From: Nemertoderma westbladi
Taxonomy: Eukaryota > Animalia > Xenacoelomorpha
Reading direction: 5' to 3'
Length of the DNA stretch: 64,000 nt
Assembly: GCA_032718475.1 (NCBI GenBank)
Contig: JAUCBJ010002985.1
Coordinates: 1 to 64,000, forward strand
Part shown: positions 39,074-48,281 of the stretch, piece by piece
How positions within the stretch are numbered: position 1 is the stretch's first letter
Layout of the letters: the number at the start of each line of letters is the position of its first letter
The notes under the pieces: model-generated
The model's database searches: none
What the model was told of the DNA's origin: nothing
What the model saw: the letters and a program-made list of their open reading frames with translations, nothing else
Program-made: the position numbers and the translations under genes

Positions 39074-39754
39074 ATGGCTGACTTTAATTCAGGTCCATAT
39101 AATTTAAACTTTCAAATGGGAACGAGTATGATAATTTCTGGGCCATCTGGTTCTGGAAAGTCAACCTTTGTAAGCAATTTAATTAAACACAAGAATGGTT
39201 GTTTCAACGAAGCCCCCTTGCGAGTATTGTATTGTTACAGGAGCAATCCCCCAACTATTCCGGGTATTACTCACCTTTACAAAGGTTTGCCAGAAAATAT
39301 AGATAGTTTAGTGAATAGTCGAGATTTATTAATTATAGATGATTTATTAACAGAAACTGAGTCCAGTACAGCTTTAACTGTATTGTTTACTAAGGTAGCT
39401 CATCATTCCAATATATTTATTTGTTTTATAACGCAAAACATGTTTTACGGTGGGAAGCATAACCGCACAAGATCAATTAATAGCCATACTTTAGTATTAA
39501 TGAAAAATCCGCGAGACAGTTTATCGGTTTTAAATTTCGCGAAGCAGATGTTACCAGGGCAGACCAAATTTTTAGTTGATTCCTATCAAGATGCGACAAT
39601 TGAACCATTTTCGCATTTCTTAATTGATTTACGACAGGAAACACCCGAACATTTAAGATTTAGATCGGATATATTTCGTAATCATAATTGTTACATTAAA
39701 AATTACATTGACTATAAAAGTAGCGAAAATAATAATAATAATAATGATAAATAA
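39074..39754 (+). CDS. A32/FtsK-like DNA packaging ATPase
   Basis: Walker A GPSGSGKS and Walker B LLIIDDL, followed by HH..I...TQN.F, R.RSINS and MKNPRD as in Polinton ATPases. Confidence 0.93.
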   Translation: MADFNSGPYNLNFQMGTSMIISGPSGSGKSTFVSNLIKHKNGCFNEAPLRVLYCYRSNPPTIPGITHLYKGLPENIDSLVNSRDLLIIDDLLTETESSTALTVLFTKVAHHSNIFICFITQNMFYGGKHNRTRSINSHTLVLMKNPRDSLSVLNFAKQMLPGQTKFLVDSYQDATIEPFSHFLIDLRQETPEHLRFRSDIFRNHNCYIKNYIDYKSSENNNNNNDK

Positions 39755-39791
39755 TTAATATTTTGTAACAATTTTCAATAATGTTGCAACA

Positions 39792-40175
39792 ATGAATAGA
39801 CTTGTGCAGAAATATCGTAACGAACTGGAATTTCTACGCAGCGCTACCCCTCAACAAAGAACTTATTTTATTAACCATACCGCGAGTAACGAATTAATAC
39901 GGCTCATTGTAAATACTGCATTAAATGTTCTAAAAGGTAATGTACAATTGACCCCTCATTCATTTAGAAATATTCGCCGCTATAAGAAGGTATTGAAATC
40001 ACTCAACCGTAAAACAAAAAATATATCAAGTTACAGAAAAAAGTTAAGCAATCAATCTGGAGGCATACTACCGTTTCTAATACCCTTACTCGGCATTGGT
40101 GCGAAATTCGCCGCGAGTGCCGGTGCCGCCGCTGCTGGAGCAGCTATTGCGAAAAAAATTAACCGCGGACGGTAA
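39792..40175 (+). CDS. Basic core protein with adenovirus pX-like C-terminus (conserved Polinton virion protein)
   Basis: LNVLKGNV.L motif and K/R-rich body. QSGG|ILPFLIPLLG resembles an adenain site followed by a hydrophobic helix. Confidence 0.75.
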   Translation: MNRLVQKYRNELEFLRSATPQQRTYFINHTASNELIRLIVNTALNVLKGNVQLTPHSFRNIRRYKKVLKSLNRKTKNISSYRKKLSNQSGGILPFLIPLLGIGAKFAASAGAAAAGAAIAKKINRGR

Positions 40176-40177
40176 TA

Positions 40178-40348
40178 ATGGTTAAAACAGGAGTAACATT
40201 TAGAAAATTATATTTAGTATCGAGTAAACCGTTAGCTACTGATTTAAAACCTCAAGATATACCTAGAGTAAATACTACAAAAAGAAAACCCTTTAAAACA
40301 TCAACTTCAAAGAAAATAATTAAAAAATTTCAGTTGTTCTTACGGTGA
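40178..40348 (+). CDS. 56-aa basic micro-ORF (not in the ORF track)
   Basis: ATG 2 nt after the previous TAA. Translates as MVKTGVTFRKLYLVSSKPLATDLKPQDIPRVNTTKRKPFKTSTSKKIIKKFQLFLR*. Confidence 0.5.
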   Translation: MVKTGVTFRKLYLVSSKPLATDLKPQDIPRVNTTKRKPFKTSTSKKIIKKFQLFLR

Positions 40349-40399
40349 TGCCCTTTATAAGAGATTTGAATATACATATTACTTGTGGTTGTCGAAAAG

Positions 40400-41488
40400 A
40401 TGCCACGCAAGATGAAACCGATTTTAAGCCGAAGCTTAGACAAAAAACTGTTAAGAATTTATTTAGATCCTTCATCCCCCGCGGGACTTGCAAGTGTTGC
40501 AAAATTAGCAAAAGCTGCAAACATCAAACCAGCACAAGCCCAGAAATGGCTGAGCGGGCAAAAGACATACACCCTTCACGCTCCACGTAGACATCATTAT
40601 CCAACATCTAAAATATTTACGGGAGGCTTAAAAGATATATATATGATAGATCTGGTGGATATGCAGCAATATAAATCGCAAAATAATAATTATAACTATA
40701 TATTAACATGTATTGATGCCTTTAGCAGGCTTGCTTTTGCCTATGGTATGAAAACAAAAAAGGGTATTGAAATTATTAGTATATTGCAAAAAATATTTCA
40801 GAAAGGAAAACCAAACAGAATCGCGACTGATCAAGGTTCTGAGTTTCTAAATAAATCTGTAAGGAAATATTTAGATACGTTAGGTATACAGTATTACGTA
40901 ATGTACTCTGTGAATAAGGCGGCTATTGTCGAGAGATTCAATAGAACATTAAAAACAAAGATGTTCAAAATTTTTACGCAACGGGGAAATAATATTTGGA
41001 TAAAAATTTTACCGAAGCTCATTTATGCTTATAATAGGTCATATCATAGGACAATACAAATGACTCCCATTGAAGTTAATAAATTTAATGAAACTGAATT
41101 AATGAATAGATTATATGGGAAATATAGACAGATTAATCATAAGAAAATAAAATTTAAAGTTGGAGATACAGTACGATTATCTATCGCTCGTACTGCTTTT
41201 GCTAAAGGCTATCGAGAACAATGGACACGTGAATTATTTATTATTCATCGTGTCAGGTTGGATAGAGTACCAACGGTAATGTTCGATATTAAGGACAGCG
41301 CTAGAGCTATAATAAATGGCTCATTTTATTCTCACGAACTCCAAAAGGTCCACCCGAATAGTAATATTTATCTACCAATTGACAAAAATATTGGCAAACT
41401 TAAAGAACGTGTACGCAATGGGAAGAAAGAATATTTAGTCCGATTCATCGGATCCAAGAAACAGTCGTGGGTACAGCATATTCAATAA
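40400..41488 (+). CDS. int: Retroviral-like (rve) DDE integrase with C-terminal chromodomain-like region
   Basis: YTLH, IDLVD, IDAFSR, TDQGSEF and VERFNRTLK (intact D-D-E triad). C-terminal EYLVRFIG...SWV. First ATG is at 40400; the track starts at GTG 40385. Confidence 0.95.
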   Translation: MPRKMKPILSRSLDKKLLRIYLDPSSPAGLASVAKLAKAANIKPAQAQKWLSGQKTYTLHAPRRHHYPTSKIFTGGLKDIYMIDLVDMQQYKSQNNNYNYILTCIDAFSRLAFAYGMKTKKGIEIISILQKIFQKGKPNRIATDQGSEFLNKSVRKYLDTLGIQYYVMYSVNKAAIVERFNRTLKTKMFKIFTQRGNNIWIKILPKLIYAYNRSYHRTIQMTPIEVNKFNETELMNRLYGKYRQINHKKIKFKVGDTVRLSIARTAFAKGYREQWTRELFIIHRVRLDRVPTVMFDIKDSARAIINGSFYSHELQKVHPNSNIYLPIDKNIGKLKERVRNGKKEYLVRFIGSKKQSWVQHIQ

Positions 41489-41734
41489 GCTTAGGTTTAT
41501 ACTGTATATTAATTCATTTTGGTCGCATATGACCGTAATTAATCAATATTAACTCGAATGATATTACTATATCTATAGTTCATCCGCTTTAAATAAAGCC
41601 AGTAAAATATTGATCCCTCGCATATACTGTAGAAGATGCGACAATGAATGTGGTCACAGATGTCTATAATTTAACATTATACTGTACTGTATGTACAATG
41701 GAGTCAAGTAGAGAGAGCTTAAATAATAATAATA

Positions 41735-42607
41735 ATGGCCACAGATACATATATCACTCTACTTTCAGATAGCTCATTAAACACTTACCCCAATAATAAT
41801 CCTAGTGAGTTTACTGTTGATTTAGCCAAAGAATTATATATTGGTCCAAACGCTAAAATTGGGCTTGCCGAGCTACAATACCAAGCAACATACAGTAATA
41901 TTACGCTGCAAACTCAAATCTCGCTGTCAATCGGGGTAGATGCAAAAGATGCCAAATTATATAGTTTATTTCCTGGTATGCATAGCTCTATTCAAGTGAT
42001 TATTGATGATATAAATAAACTGTTTAATTCTGAAGCGAAATATAGAGATTTCGAATTCATTTTTAATACAAATAATTCTAGAATTAAATTTAAATTTCCT
42101 AAAAAGTTGAAAAAAATACAATTAAGTCTACGTGGTGATTTAATACAAATTCTAGGCTTAAAACCGTTATTGGATCAGAATCATCCGGATATTCCGAATT
42201 GGGATATATACAGTACCACTACAGTAGATGAATTAAGCAATATAGAACAGCCGATATTAATTTTAAATTATAGCGGACCAAAAATTTCGGAAATTGGCAT
42301 TTTAGATTTTCCAGCTCCCACGAATATAACACGTAATAAAGACACTATCTTTATATATACAGATATTATTAAGAGCTCATTTGTTGGTGACGCTTTAGCT
42401 CCGCTCTTAAGAACCTGCCCTTTAACGCAATTAAATCGAAAATATATTAATCACGAATACGAGAGCATTTGCTATTACCCATTGTTGAATAAAAAACTAA
42501 AAACAATCTTAATTACTTTACGTGACGGACAAGGTGAATTAATTAATTTTAGCGGAGGTCGCACTGTTATAACACTTAAGTTAATACGCGGTGGGGATGA
42601 TGGATGA
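41735..42607 (+). CDS. Minor capsid protein (penton) 1
   Basis: YITLLSDSS..YP.N..SEF...L, GLAELQY, IFIYTDII....VGD..APLLR, YYPL and LRD..G..INF..G.TVITL. Confidence 0.88.
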   Translation: MATDTYITLLSDSSLNTYPNNNPSEFTVDLAKELYIGPNAKIGLAELQYQATYSNITLQTQISLSIGVDAKDAKLYSLFPGMHSSIQVIIDDINKLFNSEAKYRDFEFIFNTNNSRIKFKFPKKLKKIQLSLRGDLIQILGLKPLLDQNHPDIPNWDIYSTTTVDELSNIEQPILILNYSGPKISEIGILDFPAPTNITRNKDTIFIYTDIIKSSFVGDALAPLLRTCPLTQLNRKYINHEYESICYYPLLNKKLKTILITLRDGQGELINFSGGRTVITLKLIRGGDDG

Positions 42608-43447
42608 ATTCTACGTTAGACTACTGAGTAACTCCTGTCCAATTGATTTTCCCCGCAATAGCGCTAGTAATTATCAGATCAATTTCCATGGCGCCTTACC
42701 TATAAACCCAAACGAAAACTGGGTGGTAGGTATAAAAAGTATATTTTACTTAGCAACGTTGCATGTATAACCATGTAACAATGTAGAGAATGTTATTTTA
42801 TTAAAAAAGGGAAAAAAAATTTTGAGGATACACTTCCATCCGGTTTGTTCTACAGTATCAATGACATTATAGAGTATTTTAACACTGGGGCGTTGAAAGA
42901 TAAATTACAAATAGTTGAAAATACTCAGCAAAATAGATTGCAATTTATTTTAGGGAAAACTGTGCGAGAGTTATTTATAGGTCAACAATTAGCCTATTAT
43001 TTTGGAATTACTGAAAATAATCTCGGCGCGAATTTAAATCCAAATTTTAAAATTATTTTGAAAACGAAAAATAATATAAAGGGTTATTTAATAAAGGTTA
43101 TCGGAAATGGAGAAAAAGCTTACCAGATGGTATTTTTATGCCCTCAACCACCCAATTCTATTCCAGAACCTAAGTCGAACATGTACGTGACTACTAATAT
43201 AATTGAAAATCAATATATTAATGACTTTGGTTTAGCTTTACTTCGTCGTGTTGCGATACCTGATGACGTGAAATATGGTAGCGTAATAAATAAAGAATTT
43301 GTCAAGGATACAATTCATTATATCCCTGTAAAAAAATCATATAAGATAACATACATTTATATTGAAATAACAGACAAAGAAGGAAAAGACTTGAATTTTG
43401 AATACGGGACAACATCTATTACATTACACTTTAAACGAATAAATTAA
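42600..43447 (+). pseudogene. Minor capsid protein (penton) 2, disrupted
   Basis: ATG 42600 gives MDEFYVRLLSNS...FP.N.ASNY...WVVGIKSIFY, then TAA at 42768-42770. It continues in another frame (LPSGLFYSINDII...MYVTTNII...LLRRV...HYIPV...LNFEYGTTSITLHFKR). Confidence 0.82.
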
Positions 43448-43448
43448 A

Positions 43449-44009
43449 ATGGATTCTGATTTATTTCAAAGATACAGTAAACCTCAATATGGTGGTGCAG
43501 ACTCTAATCTTGCTATTTTTAAAGGTGGTAGAAGTACGAGAGGCTCGACGCAAGTTCCTGTTTTTCGAGGTGGTTCATATATTGACCCTTACGGTCAACA
43601 AATTGGCGCATTTGGTCCAAACTTAAAACAACGTCGTTTTCAATGTTATCCTAGAGGTATGAGGACAAATCAACACGGAGAAGGTATATTTACAGACGCT
43701 TTATCGACATTGAAAAAATTTGGTAAGCCATTAGCTAAAAAAGTTTTACAAAAAGCTTTACCATTTACCACAAAATTTATGAGACAACACGTAATACCAA
43801 AAGGTAAGCGGGTCTTACATCAGCAGGCTAATACGGTTATTAATAAAGCATTAAATAAAATGAAACCGTCAACAAGGTCAGTTGTAGAAAAAGTTTATAG
43901 AGATTTAAAGCGACCCGCTAGACCAATGTCTATGAACATACATCATCGACGTAGTAAAAAGAGAAATATAAAAGGCAAACTGAAACACTGCGAAAAAAGT
44001 ATTTTTTAA
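43449..44009 (+). CDS. Basic core protein with amphipathic helix (adenovirus pVI/pVII-like)
   Basis: Candidate cleavage motifs QYGG, FKGG, FRGG and QHGEG, followed by amphipathic IFTDALSTLKKFGKPLAKKVL. Lies directly upstream of the major capsid gene. Confidence 0.7.
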   Translation: MDSDLFQRYSKPQYGGADSNLAIFKGGRSTRGSTQVPVFRGGSYIDPYGQQIGAFGPNLKQRRFQCYPRGMRTNQHGEGIFTDALSTLKKFGKPLAKKVLQKALPFTTKFMRQHVIPKGKRVLHQQANTVINKALNKMKPSTRSVVEKVYRDLKRPARPMSMNIHHRRSKKRNIKGKLKHCEKSIF

Positions 44010-44011
44010 TA

Positions 44012-45262
44012 ATGTCAATTATTAAGGAATTAGATTTATTTTCTACATAGACTGAATTTAAAGCAAAGCATTATGAAACAATTTACCCTGTATCTAATCT
44101 CAGAAGTGAGTCTAGGGAAGTCATGTTCCTTGTACCGAGATCCAATGAATTCTATACAAAACTGCAAGATGCGTTATTAATTATAAAATGTACTGTACGG
44201 TGGGATAGACGACTTGAAAATTCCCATATATATATGCTGAATTACCCCGCTGAAACTATGTGGAGTGATATTAAAATAGACCTTAATGAGAAGCAGGTTG
44301 AAAATAGCAATAACCATTATTTCTACAAGTCGTACTTATCCAATTTATTATTTACAACTTACGAGGATAAAAATGGGCTACTGGGTGCGGGTGGCTTTCA
44401 TCAGCCTTTATCTGAACACGGAAATGAAATTGATCCCGACGCGCATCCTATTGGCGATGCCTTTAGTAAACAAATGCAATTTGTAAGTGGATTGACGATT
44501 GATTTTGATACTGAAAGCAAAATAATACAACCCAGGTATGATTTAAGAATGCATTTTAGAAAAGTATCAAATTCGTTTATTTTTAAAATCACTCCAAACG
44601 CAAACGCGGTGAGAAATCTTCGGCTAGAATTAGATGAAATAAAGATCCTAATCCCTAGAATGGAGGTTAATCCGGTAATAGAAAGCAGTCACCTAAAAGG
44701 TTTAGAGAGTTACGATATTGAATATCAATTCCAAAAAAAGGAGGTTACAACATTTACTATTCCCCCTCAAACCACAAATTACACCCAAACAAGCATATTT
44801 GATGGTAAAAAACCCAAATTAGTTATTATCGGCTTCATAACAAATAACGCTTATTCGGGAGAATTAATTAGCAATCCCTTGAAATTTGAACATTTTAACC
44901 TTAGACGCGCGGAACTGATTGTAGACGGTCTTCCAGTAGGTAGTGTAATATACGAGCCTAATTTTACAGATGGAACATATATTTTTGAGTATACTCAATT
45001 AATGAAGAACATTAATACATATATTAACGGTTATGGAGGTAATAATATAGACCATGAAACCTACTTAGGTAATTGCCCCCTCCTATCCTGGGACTTAACC
45101 GCCGACGGCTATGTTAGAGATCCGCAACCGTCGATATATACTAACGGCCAATTAAAATTAAGATTTGCCGAACCGTTGGTTGAAACCATAAATGTAATTG
45201 TTTTTAATATTTATGATCAATCATTAAGTTTAAATAGCAGGAAAGAAATACATATCGATTAA
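44012..45262 (+). pseudogene. Major capsid protein (double jelly-roll, hexon-like) with premature TAG at codon 13
   Basis: ATG 44012 gives MSIIKELDLFST*TEF..., with the conserved ELDLF N-terminus, in frame with the 379-aa ORF 44123-45262 (YKSYL..LL, P.LVIIGF, AYSG....NPLKFEHFNL, WDLT.D, L.LRFAEPL). Confidence 0.88.
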
Positions 45263-45264
45263 GT

Positions 45265-45717
45265 ATGTTATCTACAGAGGACCTTGATATGTTTCCAGTG
45301 GGTGGTCACTATTTGGGCGCGTTTCCAGCTAATAAATTACCTAAATTTGATAATAATAAGCGGAGAGATTATGGGTTAATAGTAAATACCGATAAAGAGC
45401 ATCTACCCGGGATTCATTGGATTGCAATATATATACGAGATAATGAGGCTGAATTATTTGATTCATTCGGATCAAAATATCCAAACAGATGCATCGAAAA
45501 ATGGCTTGAGAAAAATTCCGCAAGATGGCGTACTACTCGCAAACAATTTCAAGACCCAAGGAGGACCACATGCGGTCTATACTGTCTTTATTACTTGGTA
45601 AATCGAATTCACACAAACTATCCAATGAGTGCGTTTACAAATAATGTGGAAATAAATGAAATAATATTATATAAATGGCTTGTTAATTATTATAAAATAA
45701 ACCAACAAGCGTTGTAA
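45265..45717 (+). CDS. Adenain-like cysteine (maturation) protease
   Basis: GAFPAN, NTD...PGIHWIA, FDSFG and Q.....TCGLYC (His/Asp/Gln/Cys present). Confidence 0.93.
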   Translation: MLSTEDLDMFPVGGHYLGAFPANKLPKFDNNKRRDYGLIVNTDKEHLPGIHWIAIYIRDNEAELFDSFGSKYPNRCIEKWLEKNSARWRTTRKQFQDPRRTTCGLYCLYYLVNRIHTNYPMSAFTNNVEINEIILYKWLVNYYKINQQAL

Positions 45718-45748
45718 TTAATCATTTAGCTTTTGTTTATCAGTTAAA

Positions 45749-46351
45749 ATGGATAATATTATTTTTGTTGATTTTCAATATTATAAGATAGACAATAAAG
45801 AGTATCCGGTAGTATTTAAAGAATTTGCTATATTCGATTCTAATTACACCAAAACTAATGTAAAGACGTTTTTAATTAAAGGCCCACCTAATATTAAGTT
45901 ATCAGCTTTAGATGTAGCTCACGTAAACAATTTACGAGATATGACTTCTCATTTGCCCTGGGACTACGGTGACATTTCGCAAGATGACTTTAAAAAATAC
46001 ATGAAGAGACATTTAAAATATAAAAAAAATATACATGTATTTGGGTTGATGAAGCAGGCAATATTAGTTTCCCAACTCGATGTTCTCGCGCCAAATTCGG
46101 TGGAGAAATTGGGAATATATAAGCAATATCATGATTATTTAACCCCTTGTCGCTTCCACGATCAATTTACTACAGTAGAAAATAAATGTGCGTTCCACTT
46201 AAACATAAGGGATAACTGTCTGCGATACTGCTCAGCAAAACGCGTTGGGGGGTATGAGATGCTACACTTTTTCATGAGAAAGCGTTTAACTGCGACTGAT
46301 GATGATAAACAGAAAGAAATAACTGCAGTGGAAGATGTACTCATACAGTAG
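45749..46351 (+). CDS. DEDD/DnaQ-like exonuclease-fold protein with C-terminal Cys/His cluster
   Basis: FVDFQ...VFKEFAI, LPWDYGDI, VFG..K and C.FH...C resemble a recurrent Polinton accessory family. The catalytic residues look incomplete. Confidence 0.55.
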   Translation: MDNIIFVDFQYYKIDNKEYPVVFKEFAIFDSNYTKTNVKTFLIKGPPNIKLSALDVAHVNNLRDMTSHLPWDYGDISQDDFKKYMKRHLKYKKNIHVFGLMKQAILVSQLDVLAPNSVEKLGIYKQYHDYLTPCRFHDQFTTVENKCAFHLNIRDNCLRYCSAKRVGGYEMLHFFMRKRLTATDDDKQKEITAVEDVLIQ

Positions 46352-46756
46352 GTTTAACTGCGATGGAAGATGTACTCTTACAGTAGGTTTACTCTAAGCT
46401 TGTAATGTGATGGGATATAATATAATTTTATTTTGGTGATGATCTTGATGTTAATATAAAAATATAATAAAATATAATTTTTTTACAACAAGTTCTCTAA
46501 AAAAGAGTCAATTGCGCTAGGTTAACCATACACATTTAACAATATGACGTAGACGTAACATGTACAGTAAGTATTCTCGATATCATTCTAATATAGATGT
46601 ACTGGTATTGCGAAACATCCTATACATCGCAAACTAATAACACATACAGTAGTTGACTAGTAATATTAGTCAGAAATGCAACATAAACTGTATAGGATGT
46701 AGTGTTAACCTGTTGGTACTGGTACTGATAAATTCAATAATTTATTATAGGCCTAA

Positions 46757-47530
46757 CCACAACTGTCATCCGCTTTATCAGTACCGGTAGTGTTTTACTC
46801 TTCCAACACTGTAGTCACAGTCTACTGGTATCAGTACAGCAGTAATCTGAAGCAATAGCATACTGCTGTCATGATCCGGATTACACGCAGGGGTCTCACA
46901 TATAGGGATTAGATCACCTACCCAAACAATACAGTACTGCTGTACTGTCGCTGTTGTTGTAACAGCATAGTCAGATAGAGCATACTGATTTCCTTTGATT
47001 AGCATTGTACTGCAGTACCAGTACCGCAGTATTAATGTAACAGTACCTGTAGTAACAAACTAATCCATTGTATACAATATCGTGAGCCAGTTACAATCAG
47101 ATGTGTACGCAGTCAGCCACACTGCGGAGATGCTGTCAACCTCGCAGCTCCTATCCACAACTGTCATCCACTTTATCAGTACAGCAGTAATCTGATGCAA
47201 TAGCATTTGTTTTTTTTCACCTATAAGGATACTGCTGTCTACCCGAACCTTGATTAGCATACTGCTGTCATAACCTAGAAGGCACGCGTGGCTCTCACAT
47301 ATAGGGATTAGATCCCCTACCCAAACAATACAGTACTGCAGTACTGTCACTGTTGTTGTTGTAACAGTATAGTCAGATACAACATGTTGATTTCCTTTTA
47401 TTAGCATTGTACCGCAGTACCGGTACCACAGTATTAATGTAATAGTACCCGCAGTAACAAACTAAACCACTGTATACAATATCGTGAGCCAGTTACAATC
47501 AGATGTGCGCGCGGTCAACCTCGCAGCCAC
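46757..47530. repeat. Diverged ~400-bp tandem duplication inside the Polinton
   Basis: Blocks such as ACAACTGTCATCCRCTTTATCAGTAC (~46759 and ~47157) and TGTATACAATATCGTGAGCCAGTTACAATCAGATGTG (~47069 and ~47471) recur at a ~400-bp offset. Confidence 0.85.
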
Positions 47531-47655
47531 CCTTGCGAGCAGCATCGCTGCCAGCCTCGCAGCCAGCCAGCCTCGCGGCACGCAGTTAGCCTCGCAGCCA
47601 ACCAGTCAGCCAGCCAGCCACACAGCTACTGCCGGCTAGGCACGCAGTCAGCCTG
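47519..47655. repeat. GC-rich simple repeat (CCTCGCAGCC/CAGC units)
   Basis: Multiple cctcgcagcc and cagccagc units in otherwise AT-rich DNA. Confidence 0.6.
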
Positions 47656-48281
47656 TGAGAGTCATACTTATTCAAACGAGGTTAGTTTTCCCTAACTACC
47701 GATAGATTGATTGAAAAATAATAATGTTTAATTTTCACCTTCTAATCACCAATATATTCTACACCTAAAGTCACAACACTAAACATTAAGAAATAATTAA
47801 CCAGTTTACTAAATATAGGGTAATAAATGTGAAATTTGCTAGGTGAACACATTAAAGTACATTTACCGGTATGAAAGCAGCAAATGACTACGGTATTATT
47901 TATTCTTATTTTGCAATTATTAAAAATTTCAGGTTCATATATAACTTGAAGTTATTAGCACATTATCAAAGACAACATAAAACCCGGTATTGTTTATCAA
48001 TAACCTATAGACTACAGACTTAATACTAAAAATATAAGTACATAAATTAACAGATTTTAAAATCAAATTAATACTAGTTTTATCAAATATATGCTTTTTT
48101 ACTTTTTGGAAATTATACTTACTACCTAATAATGTAATACGACCATTTTTAAATATTAATAATGTGGCACCAAATATTTTATATATAAACTGATTTGGTT
48201 TGAGTATGTGTTTACCAGATAATTGATTTTTTTAATTCTTTCAAATTAATCGCTGACACTTGCTGGCAACTTACATTCTTA

